A model generated the notes under the pieces. That model saw only the letters and a program-made list of their open reading frames with translations. It made no database searches and had not been told where the DNA came from. From NCBI GenBank assembly GCA_050010755.1, contig JBEKKK010000001.1, forward strand, positions 224,001-288,000: 64,000 nt of DNA. Direction: 5' to 3'. Positions 47,197 through 57,119 of this stretch are shown here, one piece after another. The translations under genes were made by a program, and so were the position numbers. Each line of letters begins with the position of its first letter. Within the stretch, counting starts at the first letter, position 1. This DNA is from Candidatus Bathyarchaeia archaeon. GTDB taxonomy: Archaea; Thermoproteota; Bathyarchaeia; Bathyarchaeales; Bathycorpusculaceae.

Positions 47197-47399
47197 AAGG
47201 ACTCACAAACCAGTTGATGTTTGGACAGAATATTCTTTCACCTTCTTTATAATGATTATGTGCGGGTTAGACGGACAAGTTCTACCGTGAGCTGAGTGTT
47301 TCGACTATCAAACGCTGCATGATTGAAAGAAAGTCAGAAACCATTAGATATTGAAATGATCCTGCAGTGACATTCGATACAGCATCATGGACGTGTAGG

Positions 47400-48509
47400 C
47401 TAAATGATCAGCCGCTCTGTTGACATGTTGCTGAGCATTTTGCTGTTCCTTCGGGTGACAGTTACGTTGTCCTCAATTCTGACCCCAAACTTCCCGAAGA
47501 AGTATATTCCAGGCTCAATCGTGAACGCCATGCCCGGTGCCAATTCCATTCTGTTGCCTTGAACGATGTACGGTTCCTCGTGCACGTCTAACCCCAGCCC
47601 ATGACCAGTCCGATGAGTGAAGTACTCGCTATATCCTGCCTTTTCTATAACGTTCCTTGCTGCAGAGTCAACTTCTTCAGCGGTGATACCTGATTTCACG
47701 CTTTTTACAGCTTCGTCGTGGGCGTTGGAGACGATATCATAAATGTTTTTTTCCTTTTCAGTAGATCCTCCGACGAAAACGGTTCGTGTGAGGTCGCCAC
47801 AGTATCCTTCGCACACGGCCCCCACATCCATTAGCACGATATCTTTTTCGCCAACTTTTCGGTTTGATGTTTCGCCGTGGGGAAGAGCAGAATTCGCCCC
47901 GGAAAGGACGATGCAGAAGGGAACGCTTTCGCCGCCGCTCTCTTTAATGGTGCGCTCTATTTGACAGGAAATTGCCAGTTCGGTGACGCCTGGTTTTATG
48001 AAATCTATTCCCGCCTTTATCCCGTCTCCCACAAAACCTGCAGCTTTCTCTATCAATTTAAGTTCGTTTTCCGACTTTATCCGTCTGAGCTGACTGAAAA
48101 AGGGTGAAGCGTCAATGGCCTTTGTTTTTAATGACTTAGCAGTCAGCATATTGCAGAATTTAAATGGCAGGGTGCCCTCAACTCCGAAAGTAGCCTTCTC
48201 CAGCTTAAGCTCTTTTATCACCTTGTTGAGCAAAGACGCAGGAGACTCTGAATCGGAATAGCTTCTTATTTCGTTAAAAGCGGATTTCTCCTCCGCCTTC
48301 GTCTTCTCCAGCCTCGGAACTATAACTACAGGAGTGCCAGTCGCGACTGGGATAACTATTCCAGCGAACCTTTCCATGGACAAGGTTGAAAAGCCAGCTA
48401 AATATCGCATGTTCTTTTCGGAGACGACCAAGAAAGCATTTATTCCTGCCTTCTTGCCAAGAGTTTTTAACCCCTGTATTCTGGTTTCAAATGCCGACAT
48501 GCTTTTCAT
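47400..48509 (-). CDS. Xaa-Pro peptidase (M24 family)
   Basis: LPHG, DVG...GYCGDLTRT, HRTGHGLGLDVHE.P, TIEPGIY, GVRIED. Confidence 0.93.
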   Translation of the reverse strand: MKSMSAFETRIQGLKTLGKKAGINAFLVVSEKNMRYLAGFSTLSMERFAGIVIPVATGTPVVIVPRLEKTKAEEKSAFNEIRSYSDSESPASLLNKVIKELKLEKATFGVEGTLPFKFCNMLTAKSLKTKAIDASPFFSQLRRIKSENELKLIEKAAGFVGDGIKAGIDFIKPGVTELAISCQIERTIKESGGESVPFCIVLSGANSALPHGETSNRKVGEKDIVLMDVGAVCEGYCGDLTRTVFVGGSTEKEKNIYDIVSNAHDEAVKSVKSGITAEEVDSAARNVIEKAGYSEYFTHRTGHGLGLDVHEEPYIVQGNRMELAPGMAFTIEPGIYFFGKFGVRIEDNVTVTRRNSKMLSNMSTERLII

Positions 48510-48601
48510 CTTCGTGATGCTTGAGATTATCCTTGGCCTGGATATATTAACTCGCTGCAAAAGAAGGGGGAACGTCAACCATAAATAAGTCGGAACCCGA
48601 G

Positions 48602-49222
48602 GTGAGTTTTGGAGACCGCAGGTTGAAGACGATTAGAAACGAGAACTTGTGGATACGGCTGGGCAGCATGTGGACGGTTGGCTTCGCGATTCTTTTCTTG
48701 ACCTGGGCCTTGAGCTTTAGATCTCTCCCAGAAGGTGTCATACGGGGAAGTTCGGGCGCTTATTATGTGCCGGTGAAGGCACAAGACACCACTATGACTT
48801 TCGTACGATTTTTTTTGTGGAACATTTTCGTGGGCTGCATCCCAGTGGCGATTGGCAGCTTGGTCCGGGTGAAAGGCATTCCACTGGGCTATCTTTTGAC
48901 ATTTTATCACTGGGGCATTTACGGAGTTCTCCTCGGGACCAACTCCTTTGTGATTCCAGGAGCAGGCAAATTTATCCCATCCCTCACAACGCTGTTCTAT
49001 GGAAGCGGAATCTATGAGATTACAGCCTACACTCTTATTTCCTCAGCCACCTTCGCTCTGTATAACCGAATTGGAAATCCCAGTGGCAATTTAGATTCAG
49101 CCAGAAAGCAGAAGACGTTCGCTCTGAGGCTTTCAAAAACTGAGTTGACCACCATTGCGTTTGCTATTCTGATCCTGGCCGTAGCTAACTACTATGAGGC
49201 ATGGTCCATCTTTCACATCTGA
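48602..49222 (+). CDS. membrane protein (SpoIIM-like)
   Basis: about 5 TM helices; FLWN, GTNSF, GIYE and ANYYEA motifs. Confidence 0.6.
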   Translation: MSFGDRRLKTIRNENLWIRLGSMWTVGFAILFLTWALSFRSLPEGVIRGSSGAYYVPVKAQDTTMTFVRFFLWNIFVGCIPVAIGSLVRVKGIPLGYLLTFYHWGIYGVLLGTNSFVIPGAGKFIPSLTTLFYGSGIYEITAYTLISSATFALYNRIGNPSGNLDSARKQKTFALRLSKTELTTIAFAILILAVANYYEAWSIFHI

Positions 49223-49465
49223 AGGAAAGGACAAAACGATCTATTTTTCCAGACGCTTCAATCATGTCTTCAATCGACCTGAACCCGATGTCAAAACCAA
49301 AGCGTCCTAATGACAACAGTCCGAGCAGGGTGCACACAAGTAGAGTCTTGGACGCTCTAGAGCTTGAGCTCCAGCGTCTAAAAGTGGTTTATTCTAACAA
49401 TTTTGCATGTCTCCCAAAAGCAATAAATAACTTGAAATTTAATGGTTGAATAAACGTGATGGTAA

Positions 49466-49915
49466 GTGTCGAAAACTGAGAAACGCGTGGCTATAATAAT
49501 TTGTGATCGTTACCACACATGCGCAGGCGGCAAGTGCTTGAGAGCCTTGAAGAACAGGGAGGGAGCCTTCAGCTTATACAAGGACCAAGACGTTGAGCTA
49601 GTAGGTTATACCACTTGCGGAGGGTGCCCTGGCGGAAACATCGAGTACTGCGTCGAAGAAATGAAGAAAAACGGAGCTGACGTCGTTCATTTCGCGACAG
49701 GAATGGTTGTAGGCTATCCACCATGTGCCTACATCGACGACCTTCGAAAGTTTGTCAAGCAAAAGTACGAAATAGAGGTAGTTGTGGGCACGCATCCGAT
49801 TCCACAGAAGTATTACTTGACCCATCAGGCTTTAGGAACTTGGAACTCGCCCAGCTGGAAAGAAAAAATCAAGTACGTAGTCACAGACGAGCAAACACGA
49901 TTAAAATACAATTGA
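49466..49915 (+). CDS. CGGC domain protein
   Basis: IIICDRY..CAGGKC, TCGGCPG, H.ATG, C, GTH. Confidence 0.9.
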   Translation: MSKTEKRVAIIICDRYHTCAGGKCLRALKNREGAFSLYKDQDVELVGYTTCGGCPGGNIEYCVEEMKKNGADVVHFATGMVVGYPPCAYIDDLRKFVKQKYEIEVVVGTHPIPQKYYLTHQALGTWNSPSWKEKIKYVVTDEQTRLKYN

Positions 49916-50007
49916 TTCTAATTTCCTCCGTTTTTTACTGAGATGCACCACATTTCCAGTTAGCTTTAGGACAAAATTTTTATTCATTTTGATACACTGT
50001 CGAAGAG

Positions 50008-51057
50008 GTGAAAAATTTGTCTTGGTACATGGAACTGGGAAAAGCCGCAGACACTTTGGTGAACTATGTCCTAAGAGTGAAAAAGAACGAGGACGTCCTG
50101 ATATATGGAGACGACATCGTTGACTTCGAAGTGATGAAGGCCACTGCCGCCGCCGTGAAAACGGCTGGAGCAACACCGACCATAGTTGTTCATGAAACGC
50201 GAGAGATATCATTCACTGAACCCCCGAAGCCGCTCGCCGCTGCAATGATGGATTCAGATGTCACAGTGGAATTCTCGGCAAGAGCAATTCTCTACACCAC
50301 AGGTCAAACAAACGCTTTGAAGAGAAACCGGGCTTACATCTGCCTAACTTCTCTTGACCGCGAGGCAATGGTCAGAACTTTGGGCTGGGTGAACTACCCG
50401 AAAATGGTTGAGCTGGGAGACAAACTTGCCGAAATGACGACGAAGGCCAAAGAGATCAAAGTAACGAGCCCTTCTGGGACAAACTTCTCAGCCCAGATAG
50501 GCGGACGAAAGTTTGAGAACTTCGGTGGCACAGCTGACAAAAGAAAAGTCATAATGTTAGGCGGCCAGACCGGTGGCGCTCCGATAGAGGAAACAGAAAA
50601 TGGTATCCTTGCTTTTGACGGAAACGTTTGGCCTCCAGATGAAATCAAGGCGAACATAAAAACTCCCATAAAATGCAAGGTTGAAAAAGGAGTCATAACA
50701 GAAATCTCTGGAGGTATCGAGGCTGACGTACTACGAAGGTACATGGCAAGCCTCAACGACAAGAACCTGTATCGCATAGCCCACGTCTGCTACGGATACC
50801 ATCCAAAGGCGAGAGTCACAGGCGACATATCTGAAGTCGAAAGAGTCTGGGGCTGCTTCCAAGTCGGATGGGGGTCTCAAGGACCACTCCTCAGACCAGA
50901 CCTAAAGGGCCAATTTGGATGGAGAGCTGCATCACATGACGACGGCATTATACTGAAAGCGTCAATATACCTCGACGGCGAAGCCATCCAAAAAGATGGG
51001 AAATTCGTCCATCCAGACTTGATCCCGCTAGTAAAGGCAATGGGCGTAGTGCAATAG
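50008..51057 (+). CDS. M29-fold protein, NicX-like divergent
   Basis: SPSGT, G..AFDG, IAHVCYG, SHDDG; lacks the full AmpS ligand set. Confidence 0.75.
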   Translation: MKNLSWYMELGKAADTLVNYVLRVKKNEDVLIYGDDIVDFEVMKATAAAVKTAGATPTIVVHETREISFTEPPKPLAAAMMDSDVTVEFSARAILYTTGQTNALKRNRAYICLTSLDREAMVRTLGWVNYPKMVELGDKLAEMTTKAKEIKVTSPSGTNFSAQIGGRKFENFGGTADKRKVIMLGGQTGGAPIEETENGILAFDGNVWPPDEIKANIKTPIKCKVEKGVITEISGGIEADVLRRYMASLNDKNLYRIAHVCYGYHPKARVTGDISEVERVWGCFQVGWGSQGPLLRPDLKGQFGWRAASHDDGIILKASIYLDGEAIQKDGKFVHPDLIPLVKAMGVVQ

Positions 51058-51264
51058 ATCACTGGAAAACTCTACCGCCCACCACTTTCCTTTTTTCTGG
51101 AAACCTCGTCAAAGGGTTCTCAGGCTTCTTAGCCTTTAAAATTATCTTCTTCAGATGAACTTGGCAGGTCGCGGCAGTTCACTCACGATAAGAAGAATCT
51201 TCGTCCTTTGGAGATTCTTATTTTACAATAAACACGAAAAAAAGACATGAAAAAAGAGGTCTTT

Positions 51265-52311
51265 CTATGCGAGCAGTTTTCCGTCTTTCATTACGGTTTT
51301 TCCGTCGAGCATCCACGTCGGTTTTGGAACGACGAAGTCTTGATGCAGGTCGGTCGACACTTTCCCGCCCATGTGTGAGTTGTCGCCTATAGCCAAGTGC
51401 ACTGTTCCTCTTATCTTCTCGCATTCGAGAAGGTTATCTGGCCGCTTTGCGTTTGGGTTTGTCCCTATCCCAAGTTCGGCTAGGTTTCTTCGCGAAAGAT
51501 ACGGTTCCTCTTTTTTGCTGAAGTCAAGCAATTTCCGGAATTCGTCGCCAACCTTTCCTCCGCCAATTATTCCAGTGACTTTTCCATCCTTAAAGACCAA
51601 GGTCATTTTCTCTTTGAGGTCTGCGCACCAGTTTGGCTCCACCACGAGGTTGCCGCCAGCCGTGCCTTCTACTGGTGTGGTGTATGCTTCTCCTGCCGGC
51701 AGGTTGCCCCAAGAGCCTTTCTCGTTGAATATTCCCGTGTCGACCTTACCGTTTCTGTCTTTCACGCTGAAAACGATGTTTGTGCCTCCTGGCGAGGTTA
51801 CCTTAGCTTCGCTGGCTTTTGTAATCCAATCTGCAATTCTTTTAGTTTCTTTTTCTATGAGTTGATAGTCAGCAGCCATGGGTCCGCCCTTGGAAAACAT
51901 TTCTGCCACGAAGGTTGGCATGCTCGCGACTCTTCCTCCAGCTTTGCACGCGTTGACGCGTGCATCGGTGTGAGTGAGCGAATAGGTTGTTATTGCAATA
52001 GTCACGTCTGCGTTCTTCATTTTCTCTTCGACTTCCTTTCCCGGATGAGTTCCATGTTGACCAACCGAAGGATAAGTGTAGAACTCGACAGGGTTTTTGG
52101 GGAATTTTTCTGCCGCGATTTCGCTGACCATCTTTGCCAAGATAGACCGTTCGGCTGCTTCTGCCAATTTTTCGCTAGTCTTGGTTTTCCATTCTGCGGC
52201 TGTTGGAACATCGTTGACAACCAGCACTTTCTCGCCATCTTTCAGTGCCATGTTCACTTTCAACATGTTCACGACGCCGTTCACAATTTTGTCCTTCTCG
52301 ATCATAAACAT
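51265..52311 (-). CDS. M29 aminopeptidase (AmpS/AmpT type)
   Basis: NLPAGE, AELGIGTN, ECEK, VHLAIG, HQD; true start at about 52311 or 52305. Confidence 0.88.
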   Translation of the reverse strand: MFMIEKDKIVNGVVNMLKVNMALKDGEKVLVVNDVPTAAEWKTKTSEKLAEAAERSILAKMVSEIAAEKFPKNPVEFYTYPSVGQHGTHPGKEVEEKMKNADVTIAITTYSLTHTDARVNACKAGGRVASMPTFVAEMFSKGGPMAADYQLIEKETKRIADWITKASEAKVTSPGGTNIVFSVKDRNGKVDTGIFNEKGSWGNLPAGEAYTTPVEGTAGGNLVVEPNWCADLKEKMTLVFKDGKVTGIIGGGKVGDEFRKLLDFSKKEEPYLSRRNLAELGIGTNPNAKRPDNLLECEKIRGTVHLAIGDNSHMGGKVSTDLHQDFVVPKPTWMLDGKTVMKDGKLLA

Positions 52312-52414
52312 CACAACAGTGTCGATTTTTCGAGCAAATCGTAAACTAGCTGTGCTCAAAAGACTTATAAGATTTCTGTTTTGTGATTCTAGCAGAAACT
52401 TGGAAGGATCGATT

Positions 52415-52912
52415 ATGGAAGACCGAATAATTGAAGTTATCAAGAAGCGGAGAAGTGTGCGCCGATACAAGAAAGAATCCTTTCCGATGGAAAAACTTGT
52501 CCATATTATCGAGGCGGCCCGTTGGGCACCTTCAGCCGGCAATTCGCAACCTTGGATGTTTTTGCTGATAAACGACGAAAACATGGTGAAGGCACTGAAG
52601 TCAGTGTCCCCAGGATGGTTGAGAGATGCTCCTGCAGCGATAGTAATGTGTCTCAACAGAGAAAGTGAAACGAATTGGAGTTACATGGATATCGGTGCCG
52701 CGATGCAGAACATGCTGTTGTATGCCCATTCGATGGGGTACGGATGCTGCCCGATTGGCAGTTTCGTCGTTGACGCCATTAAGGGACTCTTAGAATTGCC
52801 AACAAAGCTCGAACCGGTTTTGTTGCTGACGGTGGGCTACCCTGATGAGAAGCCGCCAGCCACAACTCGTTTGTCAACGGGCGAACTTATTTTCAAGAAG
52901 GTTGGAAACTAA
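52415..52912 (+). CDS. nitroreductase family protein
   Basis: RRSVRRY, APSAGNSQPW, DIGAAMQN.LL.A...G.G.C, VGYP. Confidence 0.92.
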   Translation: MEDRIIEVIKKRRSVRRYKKESFPMEKLVHIIEAARWAPSAGNSQPWMFLLINDENMVKALKSVSPGWLRDAPAAIVMCLNRESETNWSYMDIGAAMQNMLLYAHSMGYGCCPIGSFVVDAIKGLLELPTKLEPVLLLTVGYPDEKPPATTRLSTGELIFKKVGN

Positions 52913-53211
52913 TGACGAAAAAGGCGGATGACTACCTTTTTGAGATAACCTGCTTCGTGACATCAAGTGCCGAGAGAGCTCTCGGACCCGAACGACAATA
53001 CGGAGCGTGCCGCCTCCTCCAAACGCTCTACATGCTCTCTTTCCTTCCAGACTACGTCGACGTGAAGGGAAACGAGTTGCTGGCGAAAGTCAGAGCATAT
53101 GTGGACGCAGATCCTCAGAACTTCTGGCGTGAACCTCAACTGAAACAGTTTTTCAGTGAGCTCAGTCGACAACTCGCGACAGAGATAAAGAGTCGACAAA
53201 ACTTGAAGTGA
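52912..53211 (+). CDS. DUF6092-like helical protein
   Basis: LFEI.CF..SSA......YG..RLL pattern; coupled to the nitroreductase stop. Confidence 0.55.
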   Translation: MTKKADDYLFEITCFVTSSAERALGPERQYGACRLLQTLYMLSFLPDYVDVKGNELLAKVRAYVDADPQNFWREPQLKQFFSELSRQLATEIKSRQNLK

Positions 53212-53254
53212 TAGTACAAGTCAAGTTTTAAATACATCATTCTCTCAGAGACGC

Positions 53255-53980
53255 GTGGGGATAGTTTTGCTCAAAATACTATTCATAAACCCGATGGGCA
53301 CCGACATTTACGATAGACACATGTTGGACACGATAAACGCAGTCAAGAGAAGTGACGTGAAAGCTAAGGTAGTCCATCTGCACAAAGGTCCAGTCCACTT
53401 GGAGTATCACTACTATGAACACTTGAATCTTGACGAAACTCTAAATTGGGTGAGGCGAGCGGAAAAAGATGGTTATGACGCAGTGGTCATAGGCTGTTTC
53501 TACGACCCCGGAGTAAGGGAAGCCAGGGAACTAGTTTCCATTCCAGTTATCGTTCCTGCAGAAGCAACATTACACGTCGCCGCGACGCTCGGACACAAGT
53601 TCTCGATAATCGTGGGTAGACGAAAGTGGATTCCGAAGATGGAAAGCAACCTGTACGTTTACGGACTAGAGAGGAAGCTTGCCTCATTCCGAGCTTTAGA
53701 CTTCACCGTCCCTAAGATGTTTTCTGACCCTGAGAAGCTTGAAAAGGCTATTTTGACCGAGGCCAAGAAGGCACTGAAAGAGGACGGCGCAGAAGTCATA
53801 GTCCTTGGATGCACGATGGAGTCAGGATTTGCGAAAGATTTGACAGAAAAGCTGAAAGTGCCTGTTCTGGACGCTGTTGTGACCTCGTGGAAATATGCTG
53901 AAATGATGGCTGACTTATACCGCAAAGTGGGCTTAACGCACTCCAAACTTTACGGATACGAAGCTCCTCCCGATGCGTAG
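53255..53980 (+). CDS. Asp/Glu/hydantoin racemase family protein
   Basis: INP, IGCFYDPG, REL..IPV, LGCT (both catalytic Cys present). Confidence 0.88.
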   Translation: MGIVLLKILFINPMGTDIYDRHMLDTINAVKRSDVKAKVVHLHKGPVHLEYHYYEHLNLDETLNWVRRAEKDGYDAVVIGCFYDPGVREARELVSIPVIVPAEATLHVAATLGHKFSIIVGRRKWIPKMESNLYVYGLERKLASFRALDFTVPKMFSDPEKLEKAILTEAKKALKEDGAEVIVLGCTMESGFAKDLTEKLKVPVLDAVVTSWKYAEMMADLYRKVGLTHSKLYGYEAPPDA

Positions 53981-54144
53981 CTCTTCACAGTGTGACTTGC
54001 CATAGCGTTGGAAAGGCATGTAAAAAGACAACTGAATCTGACTGAAGGAATGTTAAGAAAGTCGAAAAACCGCGAGTATGGTTGCCTGCTTTTCCAGGAA
54101 TGTCAAAATAGGTGTTTGAGTGTCCCGTTTAAAAAAGAAGAGGG

Positions 54145-54855
54145 TTAAGGCGTTCTCTTTTTCTTATAAGGATCCATGAACGCTTTTTTGCTGTTCGAGA
54201 GGTTTAATTTCACCAAGTCCTCAGCAATCTTCAGCGCAGCTAAGCCGGGATCGACAACGGGCACTTTGAGTTTTTTCTGCATTATTTCTGCTATGTTGAG
54301 TAGACTTCCGCATCCCATGACTAAGACTTCAGCTCCGTCTTCTTCTATGGCTTTTTTGCCTGCGGCAAGCAGTTCCTTGCAGAGTTCATCAAAGTCTTTC
54401 TTGATGTCAAGAACTTTCGTTTCGATTATCCTGGCTGATGCCAGCTTGTGCTTCAATCCGTAAACCGTTATCTTGTCCTCGAACAGTGATGCAGCACCGC
54501 AACCGCCAACACCTATGACTGAGAATTTCCTCCCCAAAATGGACGCTAGATGAATTGCTGGTTCGTTTATCCCAACTACGGGTATGTTTAACGCTTCTTT
54601 CATTGCTTCAAGCGCCGGATCGCCGAAACAATAGTCTATGACAGCGTCGTAACCTTCCTTCTCAGCTTTTTCGGCTTCAAGTAACGCTGGCAGAGCGGCC
54701 CAAGCTTCGTCGTAGAGTTGCTCGATGGAGTCAGGACCTCTCTTCAAGTTTACCACGGTCAGCTTAGTGTCAGGATCTTTGTATTTTTCGAACGCTTCTC
54801 TTATCATGTCAGTCCAAAGATCTGTCGTGACTGGTACGATGACTTTTATTCGCAT
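54145..54855 (-). CDS. Asp/Glu/hydantoin racemase family protein (second paralogue)
   Basis: GPDSIE..YDE, YCFGDPA, MGCGS, PVVDPG; ATG at 54855. Confidence 0.88.
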   Translation of the reverse strand: MRIKVIVPVTTDLWTDMIREAFEKYKDPDTKLTVVNLKRGPDSIEQLYDEAWAALPALLEAEKAEKEGYDAVIDYCFGDPALEAMKEALNIPVVGINEPAIHLASILGRKFSVIGVGGCGAASLFEDKITVYGLKHKLASARIIETKVLDIKKDFDELCKELLAAGKKAIEEDGAEVLVMGCGSLLNIAEIMQKKLKVPVVDPGLAALKIAEDLVKLNLSNSKKAFMDPYKKKRTP

Positions 54856-55014
54856 GTTGAAACCCTGAATTAGTGTAGATATATGAGGCGATTTAAGTCT
54901 TTCTAGCAGAGACCAAACAAGGGACAATTAACGAGCTAAAACCGATGCTAATTGATGCGTTTGATTCGGGCAATGAGCTCCAACAAGGTTACGAGAGGAA
55001 AATTCTTTTAAACT

Positions 55015-56094
55015 ATGCAACATTATGGTATTCACAGGCGGTATCCCTTGACGGAGTATTACGAATATGAGTTAGGCAAGGCTGCCAAGATTCTGATTAA
55101 TGAACTTGTAAAAGTCAAGCCAGGAGAAATAATTGCAATCACAGCTGACACAGGATCGGACAGAAGAGTGGTGAACGCAACGGCTGCTGCCGCCTTCGCC
55201 GCTGGCGGACTGCCCTTAGTTATGACGATTGCATCGCCGTTAGGAGTTGGCAAGGATTCTGACGCATTGACCCCTGTAAAAGCACTAGGAGCGGCTCTGA
55301 AAGAAGCTGACGTTTGGATAGAATACAACCAGCAATGGCTGCAGTACTCAACAACATATGAGATTGCTACCAAGGGAAATAGCAGACTGAGATACCTGTG
55401 CTATGTTACAATGGATGCAGATATGATGACGAGAGTGATAGGCCGAATTGATTACGTTGCACAGAAGGCCTTTCAGATAAAGTTACACGACATGACAGAA
55501 AAGTCTAGGCATATGCGAATTACAACCCCAGCTGGCACACACGTAGAGTTTGACAACCCGCGAAAGGTGTGCATGACAAATTCGTACGGTTATGCGGACG
55601 TCCCTGGTCAGCATTTGTTGGCAGGGCAGATAGGCTGGAGGCCGGTTGTTGAATCTATCAACGGGACAATAGTCTTTGACGGATCTATAGTTCCCCCCAT
55701 CGGCTTGGTTAAAACCCCTGTGAAGCTTTCCGTTAAGGGGGGAAAGGTCGTGAAGTTCGAGGGCGGCGATGAAGCCTTGAAGTATGAGTCTTGGTTGAAA
55801 AGCTTCAAAGATCCGCTTATGTTGACCTTGGCTCACGCATGCTATGGAGTAAACCCGGGGGCGAACCTAACCGGAAACATTCTTGAGGACGAAAGAGTTT
55901 GGGCCTGTACAGAATGGGGATTAGGATACGTAGGTCCATTTTTTGCCCCACCGGACGGCATACCAGCGTCAACCCACACGGACGGAATATGCCTCAACTC
56001 TTCAGTGTGGCTCGATGAAGAACAAATTCTCGACAAAGGAAAATTCATACATCCTGAGTTAGCGAAGTTAGCCAAAAGACTCGGAAAGACGTAG
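55015..56094 (+). CDS. M29-fold protein, NicX-like divergent (second paralogue)
   Basis: TPAGT, LAGQ, GTIVFDG, LAHACYG.NPGA, EDER, THTDG; start may be the TTG at 55048. Confidence 0.78.
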   Translation: MQHYGIHRRYPLTEYYEYELGKAAKILINELVKVKPGEIIAITADTGSDRRVVNATAAAAFAAGGLPLVMTIASPLGVGKDSDALTPVKALGAALKEADVWIEYNQQWLQYSTTYEIATKGNSRLRYLCYVTMDADMMTRVIGRIDYVAQKAFQIKLHDMTEKSRHMRITTPAGTHVEFDNPRKVCMTNSYGYADVPGQHLLAGQIGWRPVVESINGTIVFDGSIVPPIGLVKTPVKLSVKGGKVVKFEGGDEALKYESWLKSFKDPLMLTLAHACYGVNPGANLTGNILEDERVWACTEWGLGYVGPFFAPPDGIPASTHTDGICLNSSVWLDEEQILDKGKFIHPELAKLAKRLGKT

Positions 56095-56141
56095 CCATTA
56101 TTTGCAAACAGCTAGTTTCCTGCCAGACTGGAACAGTAGTG

Positions 56142-57113
56142 CTATTTAGCCGCTAGGTGACAGGCTACCTGATGGTCTGGTTCCACGGTGACGAACGATG
56201 GTTGTTTGGTCTTGCATATTCCGGTTGCGAAGGGGCATCTGGTGTGGAAGCGGCAACCCGGTGGCGGGTTTATGGCGCTCGGAACTTCGCCTCTTGATGT
56301 TACCTCTTTGGGTTTAAGCTTCTCCTCGTCGTCCGTCAACACGGGTATTGATGAGAGTAGCATCTGCGTGTATGGATGCACAGGATTTCGGAAGAAAATC
56401 GGTGTGGGAGCAAACTCCACGATTTGTGCCAGATACATTATCGCCACCCTTGAAGACACGTTTCTCATGAGGCTCAGATCATGGGTTATGAACAAGTATG
56501 ACAAGTTGAGTTCTTGTTGCAGCTTCATGAGCACTTTCATTATTTTTGCCTGGATAGAAACGTCTAGAGCTGATGTGGGCTCATCTAGTACTATGAAAGA
56601 GGGGTTTGTTGCGATGGCCCTTGCGATAGCGACAGCCTGTCTTTCACCTCCACCCAAGTCTTTTGGTCGTCTCTCTTTGAAATCCTGAGAGGGCAACTCG
56701 ACGGCATCAAGCAGTTCAGATACTCTTTTGTCTCGTTCTTCACGAGTTTTAGCCAGCCCCTGAATTCTCAACGGTTGCCCTATTACGTCTTTGACCGTTT
56801 TTGTCGGATTCAGAGAAGAAGCAGGATCTTGGAAGACGATTGCAAGATTCTTCTTCAAACCTTTTGGACGTTTCTTGGCGTGCATGGACAAGTCGTTGCC
56901 TTTGAAGAGTATTCTTCCCGAGGTGGGCGTGTAGATGCCCATAACTACATAGCCGGTTGTGCTCTTGCCAGAACCTGATTCGCCTACTAAGCCGAAGGTT
57001 TCACCTGATTTGACTGTAAAGTTTATGTCGTCTATTGCTCTGACTACTCCGAAACTGGTTTTGAAATGTTTTGTAAGATTTTCCACTACTAGTAAATCCT
57101 CATTCTTTTCCAT
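56142..57113 (-). CDS. oppF: oligopeptide ABC transporter ATPase
   Basis: GESGSGKST, LGGGERQ, LDEPT, HPYT, PPGCRFHTRC. Confidence 0.9.
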   Translation of the reverse strand: MEKNEDLLVVENLTKHFKTSFGVVRAIDDINFTVKSGETFGLVGESGSGKSTTGYVVMGIYTPTSGRILFKGNDLSMHAKKRPKGLKKNLAIVFQDPASSLNPTKTVKDVIGQPLRIQGLAKTREERDKRVSELLDAVELPSQDFKERRPKDLGGGERQAVAIARAIATNPSFIVLDEPTSALDVSIQAKIMKVLMKLQQELNLSYLFITHDLSLMRNVSSRVAIMYLAQIVEFAPTPIFFRNPVHPYTQMLLSSIPVLTDDEEKLKPKEVTSRGEVPSAINPPPGCRFHTRCPFATGICKTKQPSFVTVEPDHQVACHLAAK

Positions 57114-57119
57114 TAGTGC

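Noticed and set aside
49201-49449. 82-aa ORF between the membrane protein and CGGC genes
   Set aside because: No recognisable motif; overlaps the upstream gene end and the probable downstream promoter.
52097-52656. Long antisense overlap of the aminopeptidase and nitroreductase ORFs
   Set aside because: Artefact of longest-ORF calling; the real starts at about 52311 and 52415 leave a normal divergent promoter.
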